Translations under genes and position numbers: made by a program | The notes under the pieces: model-generated | Told to the model about the DNA's origin: nothing | What the model saw: the letters and a program-made list of their open reading frames with translations, nothing else | Databases searched by the model: none | Sequence record: PQ462667.1 | Strand: one strand, 5' to 3' | Source: Escherichia phage HMD-P3 | DNA: 64,000 bases | In this document: in pieces, positions 27,468 to 35,972 of the stretch | Layout of the letters: every line of letters begins with the position of its first letter | How positions within the stretch are numbered: position 1 is the stretch's first letter

Positions 27468-27815
27468 CTAATAGTCACTCGTACTAGTGAAGTTTTCTAC
27501 TTTTCCACAAATTTTACAAGTCCTACGATGGTAGTAGGTAATTTTTACTTTAGACCAGCCATCGTGATCATTACCTAGGTTTTCTGTTACTCCCCAAGTA
27601 TGAGAACACTCATTTTCAATTTGCTTAGTAAGAGCGTTATAGCGAGTATAAAACTCCTCCTGAGCAATAGCAAATTCTTTCTGTAGTTTATCACGAGCAA
27701 TAATAGCACGTTCCAGATATGTTAAATCAGGCATTCCAGCTTTTTCAGCAGCATCTATAATCTTATCTTCATCTAAAGATGCTAAAAACTCTAGAGCTTT
27801 ATCTTTTGCTAGCAT
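27468..27815 (-). CDS. zinc-finger-containing protein
   Basis: CSHTWG...CKICGKV. Confidence 0.5.
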   Translation of the reverse strand: MLAKDKALEFLASLDEDKIIDAAEKAGMPDLTYLERAIIARDKLQKEFAIAQEEFYTRYNALTKQIENECSHTWGVTENLGNDHDGWSKVKITYYHRRTCKICGKVENFTSTSDY

Positions 27816-27834
27816 TATTATTACCTCAAATGTT

Positions 27835-27925
27835 TGGCGGAAGAGGAGAGATTTGAACTCTCAAGCCGTTTTACCAGTCAGCCACTTTCCAAGCGGTTTT
27901 CGTCGCCAATTCGATTTGCTCTTCC
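27835..27925 (-). tRNA. tRNA-Ser (GGA)
   Basis: Long variable arm; anticodon loop ttGGAaa; 3' GCCA. Confidence 0.6.
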
Positions 27926-28037
27926 AATAATAAGATGATGCCTCTATCACGCCAGGCAGTTACGCCTCGCTGGGATTCGAACCCATTAAAACAGCTCAAC
28001 CGAGATAGTAGGTTTAATTTACTCTGACCATCAAATT

Positions 28038-28120
28038 TGGTGCTTGCGGAGGGACTCGAACCCACACGAATTAACACGAACTCCTAAGGATCGCGCGTCT
28101 ACCAATTACGCCACGCAAGC
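28038..28120 (-). tRNA. tRNA-Leu (TAG)
   Basis: 5' gcttgcgtggcgtaattggtagac resembles E. coli tRNA-Leu; anticodon loop ctTAGga. Confidence 0.6.
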
Positions 28121-28606
28121 AATTATTTCTTCAAGTGGAGCATGAACCCACTCATTATTTCTAGATGAAAAAGAACTTAGGATTTCTTTTTCTTTGAGTT
28201 CATAATTATCTACTAGTTTATAATACTCTAATACATAGTCCCGAAAAGGGGAGTATGTTTGATAGGTATTTAATCTAGTCTCAGCATCTTTGGCTGCTCC
28301 TACTTTAAACCAGCCTGGAAAAGCTGGATTAGATATTATATAAATATATCCCAGCTTATTATTTATATTATTGATATAACAGTAAAGCTGTACTACTCTT
28401 AGGGATCTTTGATAGCTATGCTCTAGTCTCTTTTGGTATGTATTTGACTTCTTATCCTTACTAGGATTGGCCTTTCTAACTATATACCCATTATACCATA
28501 GAGCTATTTGCATGTAATTACTAGCGGTTACGTCTAGTTTGTTATTGTGGAGGAATATTTCTAACTCATTTAAGTTATCTTTTCTCCCATTTTTAGCTAT
28601 CTTCAT
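28106..28606 (-). CDS. T5orf172/GIY-YIG-like domain protein (homing-endonuclease-like)
   Basis: GYIYIISNPAFPGWFKVGAA...YQTYSPFRDY; paralog of 31392..31937. Confidence 0.65.
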   Translation of the reverse strand: MKIAKNGRKDNLNELEIFLHNNKLDVTASNYMQIALWYNGYIVRKANPSKDKKSNTYQKRLEHSYQRSLRVVQLYCYINNINNKLGYIYIISNPAFPGWFKVGAAKDAETRLNTYQTYSPFRDYVLEYYKLVDNYELKEKEILSSFSSRNNEWVHAPLEEIIACVA

Positions 28607-28624
28607 ACTACATACCCTTTAATT

Positions 28625-28700
28625 TGGTGGACAGTAGGAGAGTCGAACTCCTCACTCCTGAGTGCAAGTCAGGTATTTTCCCCAGATAAACTAACCGCCC
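28625..28700 (-). tRNA. tRNA-Ala (TGC)
   Basis: G3-U70 pair in the acceptor stem; anticodon arm cctga-ctTGCac-tcagg. Confidence 0.7.
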
Positions 28701-28985
28701 AAACTCTTTAGTTTACTAAGGCTATTAGCTCGGCGTAACTACAGCACCTTCGCTTCAAGCGGAAGGAACCGCGTCATCTCGCAAACCCGATACACTATTC
28801 AGTTGCCGCTGAATCTAGTGGACTAATCTAGAACTTCTCCCGAATCATAGGGATCGTGCTTTTTGGCAGCCAGTCCTAGGTCGAGCTAATACCTTAGTGA
28901 ACTATGATGAGGATTTCTCCTCATCAATTTATATAAATATTATAACAAGAAATTAAGCATCAAGCAACTGCATTTTTCTTGAAAT

Positions 28986-29064
28986 TGGTGGGTCGCCTGG
29001 GACTCGAACCCAGAACCTTCCGATTAAAAGTCGGATGCTACTAAACCTATTGAGCTAGCAACCC
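28986..29064 (-). tRNA. tRNA-Lys (TTT)
   Basis: Anticodon arm tccga-ctTTTaa-tcgga; T-arm ctggg-ttcgagt-cccag. Confidence 0.7.
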
Positions 29065-29073
29065 AAAATAACT

Positions 29074-29151
29074 TGGTAGCGGGTTCCAGTACTGCCCTGG
29101 ACTTACTTAGCTTATGAGACTAAGAAGAACTCTATGCCTCCCACCCGCAAT
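29074..29151 (-). tRNA. tRNA-like element, anticodon CAT, with non-canonical T-loop (GGCAGUA) and unpaired 1:72
   Basis: Anticodon arm ttagt-ctCATaa-gctaa, D-stem gagg/cttc, T-stem tccag/ctgga, CCA encoded. Confidence 0.35.
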
Positions 29152-29155
29152 TGTT

Positions 29156-29231
29156 TGGTCAGTGCGGCAGGACTCGAACCTGCGACCCGAAGCATCCAAG
29201 GCTCCCACGCTACCAACTGCGCTACGCACTG
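29156..29231 (-). tRNA. tRNA-Pro (TGG)
   Basis: 76 nt; anticodon loop ctTGGat; T-arm gcagg-ttcgagt-cctgc. Confidence 0.7.
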
Positions 29232-29240
29232 TTAATTCTT

Positions 29241-29438
29241 TTATTGTGGAGGAATATTAATAATTCGTCCATCTACACAATAAACGGTACTAGGAATCGT
29301 ACTATATATGTAGAAATTCTTTATATTACTCTCTCCGCCACAGAAATTTTTAGCAAATTCATACTCTTTATTAATGGTTGAGTCAAATTTAAAACAACCA
29401 GTAAGTAGGAATACAGATAGTAATAAAACTTTCTTCAT
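29241..29438 (-). CDS. small lipoprotein
   Basis: MKKVLLLSVFLLTGC (signal peptide with lipobox). Confidence 0.5.
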   Translation of the reverse strand: MKKVLLLSVFLLTGCFKFDSTINKEYEFAKNFCGGESNIKNFYIYSTIPSTVYCVDGRIINIPPQ

Positions 29439-29891
29439 TTAGCTTTCCTTCTCTTCACTTTATAAGATATATTATACAGAGAATTAAGCAGAATAGCAAA
29501 TGAATTTTTAATAAATTTACTTATTGTGTAGGCCACCTGGAGGCTACCAACCCCACGGCTGACAAAGAAGTTTGCGAGACCTCTCTTAAATGCCAGAATA
29601 GACCCGCCGATCTATCGGAACCTACATAATAAGTAAACTTTATAGTGTCATTCTAGACAGGACTCGAACCTGTTATCACTTGTGCGGACTTACGAGAACC
29701 ATTCTTTCACTCGAATCGAACGAGCTTCTGCCCTCGCCAAGCTGGTTTCCCCATCAACCACGCTAGAATGTTTGATTATTTTCAGTGCAAGAGTCCGAGT
29801 CTTGGACACGACCGCTTCGCAAGTACATAGGCAGCTTATCATGAGTCAGCACTTCCGAATTGCTAGCCCCGTGTTCTGCACTGAAATTTTG

Positions 29892-30239
29892 TTAATTTAA
29901 CAGTAAAGTACGATCTACTTCACCATTAATTGTTCGGCATTCTTCTGGGATCTCTGGTGTAGCCTTATATTCCCACCACTCAGAACCGTCATATTCACCA
30001 CGTTCTAACCAAGTTCCGTCAGTAAACCATACATTACCATAAAGCAATTGCCCACCATAACCAGAATCATATTTAAAGTCTAGATTATTTAGAAAATCTT
30101 CAATATCTTTTTCTGTATAACCTACGGGCAATACCCAAACTTCTTTGTCCCCATAATAACCGAATTCTATCTTAATACACTTAACTTCAGAATTAGTATT
30201 CTTTAGGGCAAGTAACAACTCTTCTTTAGCATTAATCAT
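29892..30239 (-). CDS. hypothetical protein
   Basis: 115-aa ORF. Confidence 0.5.
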   Translation of the reverse strand: MINAKEELLLALKNTNSEVKCIKIEFGYYGDKEVWVLPVGYTEKDIEDFLNNLDFKYDSGYGGQLLYGNVWFTDGTWLERGEYDGSEWWEYKATPEIPEECRTINGEVDRTLLLN

Positions 30240-30265
30240 AGCATATTTCTCGTGCTAGTTTAATT

Positions 30266-30342
30266 TGGCGCGACCGATGGGATTTGAACCCACATTCCCT
30301 CCCGTGACAGGGGAGTACCATTACCAAGCCAGCCCCGGTCGC
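30266..30342 (-). tRNA. tRNA-Asp (GTC)
   Basis: Anticodon loop ctGTCac; discriminator G. Confidence 0.7.
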
Positions 30343-30351
30343 ATAATTCAT

Positions 30352-30537
30352 TTACTCAGCTTTGAGTTTTTCAATAGCTGCATTAAGTTCCTTAAGAAAC
30401 TCTTTCCGTACATTAAGCTCTCGAATACTCATTAAAAGATCAGCCTTTCGAGCTTCAATATCTTTTTGTCGGCACTTAATGTTATTAGCTGTGTTATCAC
30501 GATGAACTTCTAACTGTGCAATTACATTCTTGGACAT
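30352..30537 (-). CDS. small coiled-coil protein
   Basis: 61-aa ORF. Confidence 0.4.
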   Translation of the reverse strand: MSKNVIAQLEVHRDNTANNIKCRQKDIEARKADLLMSIRELNVRKEFLKELNAAIEKLKAE

Positions 30538-30639
30538 GCTTGTTTCCTCAGTTATTAATGAAAATGGTATCTGTGGCTGAATTCGATGTCAGCAATGATA
30601 GCTGGTTGGCTACCGGCTTACTTAACTCTACACAGAATT

Positions 30640-30722
30640 TGGCGGGCCGTGTAGGATTCGAACCTACGTTGTCTTTCGACACGGATTAACAATCCGCCAC
30701 CAAACCGCTTGGCTAACGACCC
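30640..30722 (-). tRNA. tRNA, anticodon GTT (Asn?) with unusually long variable region
   Basis: Anticodon arm gcgga-ttGTTaa-tccgt; T-arm gtagg-ttcgaat-cctac; 83 nt. Confidence 0.5.
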
Positions 30723-30730
30723 TAAAAATT

Positions 30731-30806
30731 TGGACGACCGCATGAGATTTGAACTCACATAAAAAGGATTTGCAATCCTTCGCCTAAGCCATTCAGCCAA
30801 CGGTCG
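30731..30806 (-). tRNA. tRNA-Cys (GCA)
   Basis: Anticodon arm aagga-ttGCAaa-tcctt; discriminator U as in tRNA-Cys. Confidence 0.7.
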
Positions 30807-30875
30807 ATTTATCTTGTTCTGCCATGTTGCTTCTCCAGTTCAATTTATGTAATTATTATACAGAACTTTTGTAAA

Positions 30876-31163
30876 CTAAGCAACTACATTTTTTAAGAAT
30901 TTGATGCCTTTCTTTTTCTTCTTATATTTCCACGTTAAGGGATTCTGTCGATTATGAACGCTTGAGATCTTCGTCTCATCAAAGTTCTTCAATATCATGT
31001 AATCACAAGATAGTTGTTCTAGTGGAATGTGATCACCGTCAAAAGCATATACATAAGGCTGTTGACTAGCACGATAATGATAGACTTTGTTAATTCTACG
31101 TTTCAGCGACTTATCCGCGCAGTAAATAAAGAAATTTTCAGGATGCATCAGCAGCTCCTTCAA
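30876..31163 (-). CDS. hypothetical protein
   Basis: 95-aa ORF. Confidence 0.45.
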   Translation of the reverse strand: MKELLMHPENFFIYCADKSLKRRINKVYHYRASQQPYVYAFDGDHIPLEQLSCDYMILKNFDETKISSVHNRQNPLTWKYKKKKKGIKFLKNVVA

Positions 31164-31165
31164 AT

Positions 31166-31240
31166 TGGTGCACCCTGTTCGTATCGAACGAACCTCTCAA
31201 GCTCTTCAGGCAAGCGCTAATCCATCTCAGCTAAAGGTGC
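31166..31240 (-). tRNA. tRNA, probable Phe (GAA)
   Basis: Acceptor, D-stem and T-arm (gttcg-ttcgata-cgaac) are good; anticodon stem has two mismatches in my reading. Confidence 0.5.
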
Positions 31241-31246
31241 AAATTT

Positions 31247-31322
31247 TGGCAAACCTACTAGGACTCGAACCTAGACCGTACGGTTTTGGAGACCGACATG
31301 CTGTCCAGTAACACTCTAGGAA
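31247..31322 (-). tRNA. tRNA, probable Trp (CCA)
   Basis: Anticodon loop ctCCAaa and T-arm ctagg-ttcgagt-cctag are good; acceptor pairing poor in my reading. Confidence 0.4.
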
Positions 31323-31331
31323 TGCAGAAAT

Positions 31332-31406
31332 TGGTACACCCACGGAGAATTGAACTCCGATTCTCAGATTGAAATCCTGATGTCCTAACCATTAGACGAT
31401 AGGTGC
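31332..31406 (-). tRNA. tRNA-Glu (TTC)
   Basis: D-arm tcgtctaatggttaggaca resembles E. coli tRNA-Glu; anticodon loop atTTCaa. Confidence 0.6.
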
Positions 31407-31937
31407 ATTAACTATTTCTTTATTAACTTTCTGTACTAAATGTTCCAAGCCAGAAAGTTTATTAATTTGTTCAAATATTTTATTTAGTTTTCTCTGAGGC
31501 AACTTAACCCATTCATGGTCCCTATCTTGATAGAGGCTATGGACAAACTTTTCGCCTTCCTTTCTATCAAACCAGAAAGACCAGTGTAGCATTGTATAGT
31601 CCCTAAAAGGGCTATATGTTTGATAGTTTGCTAAGCGTTTCTTTGGGTTAGCTGACATACCAATCTTAAAATAATTGGGCCAGGCCTTATTTGCTATAAA
31701 ATATATGAAGCCTTCTTTTATGGGAAGTTTATTTTCTTGCTTAAATTTAATTAAGGATAAGCACAATAGTTTAACATTATATCTAAGATCTCCTAAGGAG
31801 ACTTTCTTAGCCTTTGTATTACTTAACTCTAAGTAAACTTTCGAGCATTCAACTATTAAATCTGGAGTTATATCAAACTCCTTAGTTTTTGTTATTATCT
31901 GTCTTTTTTGAAGCTCATTTATTAACTTATTGTGCAT
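31392..31937 (-). CDS. T5orf172/GIY-YIG-like domain protein (homing-endonuclease-like)
   Basis: GFIYFIANKAWPNYFKIGMS...YQTYSPFRDY; paralog of 28106..28606. Confidence 0.65.
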   Translation of the reverse strand: MHNKLINELQKRQIITKTKEFDITPDLIVECSKVYLELSNTKAKKVSLGDLRYNVKLLCLSLIKFKQENKLPIKEGFIYFIANKAWPNYFKIGMSANPKKRLANYQTYSPFRDYTMLHWSFWFDRKEGEKFVHSLYQDRDHEWVKLPQRKLNKIFEQINKLSGLEHLVQKVNKEIVNAPIV

Positions 31938-31955
31938 ATTACTTCCTTAGTAATT

Positions 31956-32036
31956 TGGTGGGGGATGGAGGACTCGAACCTCCGCGTGATATACCCGGTC
32001 TACAGCCAGGCGCCGTCGCCACTGAGCCAATCCCCC
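31956..32036 (-). tRNA. tRNA-Tyr (GTA)
   Basis: Acceptor gggggat; anticodon arm cctgg-ctGTAga-ccggg; long variable arm. Confidence 0.65.
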
Positions 32037-32225
32037 ATATTTGAATGAAAAGTAAGTCGGTTAAACTCAAGGTGGAATATTTCAGGATTTCCTGACTTTA
32101 CCCCTAAAGGCAACTCGCCTAATTACTTCTCATTCAGATATGTTTCCAAATTAGATAAATATTATATCAAGTTTTATAGTATTGGGCAAGTCAAATTTTA
32201 AAGAACTTGCCCAATGCTGTATTAG

Positions 32226-32501
32226 TTAGTCGAACTTAGGAGTGACAGTTAAGGAGAACGGAAGTTCAAAAACTTCTTCGCCCTCATCACTAACAGTGAT
32301 TACACGACCTTTAAGTTCAGACATTGAAATATCAATATCAGCTTTTGCATCTGGAGCCATGCCAGCTTCAACACATTTAGCTTTAATTTCCGGCAGAAGT
32401 TCTACATCGTAGAAATAAAGCCATTCAATCTCACCTTCCCAGCCTTCCCAGGATTTACAGATTGCACTTTCAATACCAGCTGCTATAACACGATTTTGCA
32501 T
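32226..32501 (-). CDS. hypothetical protein
   Basis: 91-aa ORF with promoter/leader module upstream. Confidence 0.5.
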   Translation of the reverse strand: MQNRVIAAGIESAICKSWEGWEGEIEWLYFYDVELLPEIKAKCVEAGMAPDAKADIDISMSELKGRVITVSDEGEEVFELPFSLTVTPKFD

Positions 32502-32591
32502 TCGTTAACTCCTTCATCAATTTATACAACTATTATACCAGAAATTTAAAGCAAAAGGCAAGTACATTTTTAAAAATTCTGTTTGGAGGAG

Positions 32592-32798
32592 CTAAACTCC
32601 AGATTCTTCAGCCAAGTCTAGACTAATAAGAGATATAGCCATAATTGCCGCTCCATGTTCTTTTTCTCCAGTCTCTTTAGCTAGAGTTATAATGTCAAGA
32701 AATTGCTTATGAAAATCTGCAACCTCTTGAGTTATACCTGCCTCAGCAATCATGCCTTTAAGCATGAAACGTTGTGCTGTAATTTCAGGATTAGCCAT
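32592..32798 (-). CDS. hypothetical protein
   Basis: 68-aa ORF. Confidence 0.4.
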   Translation of the reverse strand: MANPEITAQRFMLKGMIAEAGITQEVADFHKQFLDIITLAKETGEKEHGAAIMAISLISLDLAEESGV

Positions 32799-32973
32799 GT
32801 TGTTTCTCCAGTTTCATCTTTAATAATCTACAAATAAAATCAATGTCTTCATCCGTGCCTAGATCTCTGTCTTCAAGAGTTGCCTTGAAGTTTTTAGTCA
32901 ATTCCATGAGGATAACTTCCCTAGAACGACGTGTTGGCGGAGGTGGATGTCTATACATCTTATTTCCTTAATT

Positions 32974-33050
32974 TGGTAGGGGTGGTGGGATTCGAACCCA
33001 CAAAACCTGAATTTTAAGTCCAGTACCTATGCCAATTCGATTACACCCCC
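32974..33050 (-). tRNA. tRNA, anticodon TAA (Leu-UAA-like) with short variable arm
   Basis: Anticodon arm ctgga-ctTAAaa-ttcag; T-arm gtggg-ttcgaat-cccac; 77 nt. Confidence 0.5.
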
Positions 33051-33151
33051 ATGTAATCAGTTTATTAGTTGATACATATTATAGCCTAGTGAAAATCCTA
33101 CTACTAGTCCTACAAACCAACCAATATAATAATCTTTTAGTTTCACAGGTA

Positions 33152-33337
33152 TTATCCTCGTTCAATATCTAGGGAAATACCGCAGTTAGGATTAATACCT
33201 GTACCCTTGCAATTTGGGCAAACCCAGATATTGCAAAAAGTATCTCCTGCTTCTGCATCAGAACTTTCACCAATTCCCCTACACTCAGGGCAGGCACATT
33301 CTTCTAGCTCTTGCTTGAGTTCTTGAAACTTAGACAT
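33152..33337 (-). CDS. zinc-ribbon protein
   Basis: CPECRG...CPNCKG. Confidence 0.45.
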   Translation of the reverse strand: MSKFQELKQELEECACPECRGIGESSDAEAGDTFCNIWVCPNCKGTGINPNCGISLDIERG

Positions 33338-33346
33338 AAAGTCTCC

Positions 33347-33535
33347 TTAGTCAATTACTTTTGAGGCTTCAAGGTAGTCGATATAGTGTACGTTTTCTAC
33401 CGTAATCATATAATCAGCCACTTTATCCATAGCTTGGGCTTCAGAGGTAGCTCTGGCTAACCTATATCCTTTTTTATATTCATCCGGGTATTCTCTATCT
33501 TGAATAAACACAACATAAACTATATATAGATCCAT
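33347..33535 (-). CDS. hypothetical protein
   Basis: 62-aa ORF. Confidence 0.4.
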   Translation of the reverse strand: MDLYIVYVVFIQDREYPDEYKKGYRLARATSEAQAMDKVADYMITVENVHYIDYLEASKVID

Positions 33536-33553
33536 TTGTGACCTCTATTTAAT

Positions 33554-33631
33554 TGGTGGCTCCCCGAGGATTCGAACCTACGTACCTTCCGGTTATGAGC
33601 CGGGTGCTCATACCATATGAGCTTGAGAACC
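33554..33631 (-). tRNA. tRNA, anticodon CAT (Met or Ile2)
   Basis: Acceptor ggttctc/gggagcc (G-U pairs), D-stem gctc/gagc, anticodon loop ctCATaa. Confidence 0.55.
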
Positions 33632-33637
33632 AAAATC

Positions 33638-33726
33638 TGGCGGAAGAAGTGGGAATCGAACCCACAAGGCTATATTTCAAACCGACAGATTAGCAATCTG
33701 CTGCAATACCGTTATGCTATTCTTCC
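33638..33726 (-). tRNA. tRNA-Ser (GCT)
   Basis: Long variable arm; anticodon arm gcaga-ttGCTaa-tctgt; T-arm gtggg-ttcgatt-cccac. Confidence 0.65.
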
Positions 33727-33747
33727 GAATTTATAAGATATATTATA

Positions 33748-34317
33748 TTAGAAATTTAGCTTCATAGCAAGAAAATTTTTCAAGTTTTCGGTAGACATCT
33801 CATCCACATCTACAGGAGAAACAAATCCATTTAATTGTCTAGCAAACTTTTCACCAGCAGGATCGTTGTCCCCAACAGCTACTAATTTGAAAGGTAATAA
33901 TTTCAGTTGCTTTAATAACGCTTTTCCTGGAGAAGAACCCAGCATTGCCAGGGCTGGATAACCAGCATTATGTAATGCAACTGCCTTAAATACAGATTCA
34001 GCAATCAATACTACTTTTTCATCTCCATTGAGAGTTTCTAGTCCCCATACACACTGTGTAGTGGAGTAGGTAAAATATTTAGCCTCAAAGGGGCACTTAC
34101 CATGCCCTTTTGGAGCAGAAGGATTATACGTCTGATAGCCCCGCAACATCCCAGAGAAGTCATACAATGGGACTGTTAGCCACCCTTCCGGGCTTAACCA
34201 GCAATGATATTTATCTGTATCAAATCCTCTAGATAAGAGGTGCTGTGTTAGCTCATCAACATTCATATTTGGTTCCTCTCTCAAATTTATAGATATATTA
34301 TACAGAGAATTTAGCAT
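33748..34317 (-). CDS. Toprim-domain-like protein (189 aa)
   Basis: VVLIAESVFKA ... LVAVGDNDPAGEKFA matches the Toprim E...DxD layout; call by motif only. Confidence 0.45.
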   Translation of the reverse strand: MLNSLYNISINLREEPNMNVDELTQHLLSRGFDTDKYHCWLSPEGWLTVPLYDFSGMLRGYQTYNPSAPKGHGKCPFEAKYFTYSTTQCVWGLETLNGDEKVVLIAESVFKAVALHNAGYPALAMLGSSPGKALLKQLKLLPFKLVAVGDNDPAGEKFARQLNGFVSPVDVDEMSTENLKNFLAMKLNF

Positions 34318-34441
34318 TCAAGCAATCAAATTTTTTAACTTTTTAGAGGAAAATCATAGGGCACTTAAGGGTAGCAGATAAGTGGTGAGGACCAAAATTT
34401 GTGACTCCACTAAAAATCCGGGGGCAATTTTTAAAGACCCC

Positions 34442-34470
34442 TTGACATTTTTGTTGGGGTAGTGTAAAGT
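34442..34470 (+). promoter_or_regulatory. sigma70-like promoter (TTGACA-N17-TAAAGT) for the plus-strand island
   Basis: Read directly upstream of 34533; differs from the TTGCTT/TATAAT early module. Confidence 0.45.
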
Positions 34471-34532
34471 ATATGTTATGGATGAGTGATCAAAGAGACA
34501 CACATTTTCTATATACTAGGAGGTGTCAAAAA

Positions 34533-35525
34533 ATGACAGAAGAAGTAGCTAAGAGTCCTGAGACCGTCGCTAGCGTTGCAGCAGAACTGCACCGTCACGA
34601 GGAATCAGATAAGAAAAAGTGGGAGAAGGTCAGAGCCTACGAAGAAAAACATCGTGAACACGATGAAGATGATGAAGAAGATGACGATGATGAACATTGT
34701 CATAAATATGGAAAACATAAAATGCAAGAACCAGTAAACGTATTCACTAGTGGCTTCCCTGGCCTAATGGGCGGTTACCCAGCAAACGCAGGTGCTTTTG
34801 GTGGTGAAGGTATGGGTCTATTCGGAGCTATCCTAATCGGTGCTCTATTAACAGGCGGATTCGGTGGTTTCGGTGGATTCGGTGGACGTGGTGTAGTTGG
34901 TGATGGTAGCGCAGTTGATGCAGTGCTTCAGAATCAAGATACCGCTAGTATTCTAGCAGCTATTAACACTACTCGTACAGAAGCTAATCAGGGTACTGGA
35001 GCTGTTTTAAGCGCAGTTAATAATGGTTTTAGCCAGACATCCCAAAACCAGAGCCGTGATACTCAGTCTGTACTAACTACGATCTATGGTACGGGTGCTA
35101 ATCTGTCTAATCAAATCTGCCAGGAAACTCGCAACGTTATTCAGGGTCAGTTCGATCTTTCTCGCCAGATTGATCAATCTTTCGCAGCTAACCAGATAGC
35201 TCGTGCACAAGATAAGTTTGATTCTGCACAGATCGCTTTCCAGCAGACTTTACAAACTAATAACCAGTTTGCAGCTGTTCAGGCTCAGATGTGTGCTAAC
35301 CAGAACTCTCTGGAACGTCAGATCGCTGAATGTTGCTGTGAACTTCAGACTGCGATCGCTGGTGTAACTACTGCACGTATCCAGGACGAGTTAGACGCAT
35401 GTCGCCTACGTGAAGCAATCGCTGCGGGTAGTGGTGCTAACGGTCAGGTAATTAATCAAATCGCTTTAAGTCTTGGTGCTATCACTCAGACTCTGGCTGG
35501 TCTGCAGGCTAAACTGCCGGCTTAA
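34533..35525 (+). CDS. acidic N-terminus / glycine-zipper hydrophobic segment / Q,N,S,T-rich protein
   Basis: Start moved to the ATG behind taggaggtg; DEDDEEDDDDEH tract, GMGLFGAILIGALLTGGFGGFGGFGG, long polar low-complexity tail, CCCE; E. coli-like codon usage. Confidence 0.65.
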   Translation: MTEEVAKSPETVASVAAELHRHEESDKKKWEKVRAYEEKHREHDEDDEEDDDDEHCHKYGKHKMQEPVNVFTSGFPGLMGGYPANAGAFGGEGMGLFGAILIGALLTGGFGGFGGFGGRGVVGDGSAVDAVLQNQDTASILAAINTTRTEANQGTGAVLSAVNNGFSQTSQNQSRDTQSVLTTIYGTGANLSNQICQETRNVIQGQFDLSRQIDQSFAANQIARAQDKFDSAQIAFQQTLQTNNQFAAVQAQMCANQNSLERQIAECCCELQTAIAGVTTARIQDELDACRLREAIAAGSGANGQVINQIALSLGAITQTLAGLQAKLPA

Positions 35526-35546
35526 TATTAAGGGGAGGAGCCCATT

Positions 35547-35963
35547 ATGAGTAAATATGGTTTTGTAAATAACGGACTTAATCAAAGTATGGGCTCCCAG
35601 CAGCCCATTCCAGGTCTGGATAACCCCTACTTACAACAGTTGCAACAGCGTTTAGCAGAAGCGCAACAGATGCAGCAACAACTCCAGCAAAATCCTAGAA
35701 GTGTGAGTCCTATACAAATGATGCAGCAAATGAGCGGGCAGTCGCAAATGCCTCAACAAATGCAGCAACAGATGCCGCAGCAGCAAGTTCAGCAACAAAC
35801 CCAACAACCGCAGGTTTCTGCGGAAGGACAGGCAGTACTAGCCCTTTTCGAAGACTTCGCAAAGACAGAGGATGGGAAGCAGCTTGTATCACTTATGGGT
35901 AAGTTTAATAGCTTCTGCCAAAGCCAAATTGCAAAAGCTCAAAATAGCGGTGATAACTCCTAA
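35547..35963 (+). CDS. glutamine-rich protein
   Basis: Q-rich runs (QQLQQRLAEAQQMQQQLQQ, MPQQMQQQMPQQQVQQQTQQPQ); RBS aaggggagga. Confidence 0.6.
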   Translation: MSKYGFVNNGLNQSMGSQQPIPGLDNPYLQQLQQRLAEAQQMQQQLQQNPRSVSPIQMMQQMSGQSQMPQQMQQQMPQQQVQQQTQQPQVSAEGQAVLALFEDFAKTEDGKQLVSLMGKFNSFCQSQIAKAQNSGDNS

Positions 35964-35972
35964 GGAGGAATT

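Noticed and set aside
30560-30625. Possible extra tRNA upstream of the GTT tRNA (tggtatctgtggctgaattcgatgtcagc...)
   Set aside because: No canonical T-loop and no acceptor or anticodon stems could be folded; probably leader sequence.
35547-35963. Q-rich ORF as a translation artefact of a simple repeat
   Set aside because: The DNA is not a simple CAG/CAA repeat; the codons are mixed, there is a good RBS (aaggggagga) and the ORF is tightly coupled to its neighbours, so it was kept as a real gene.
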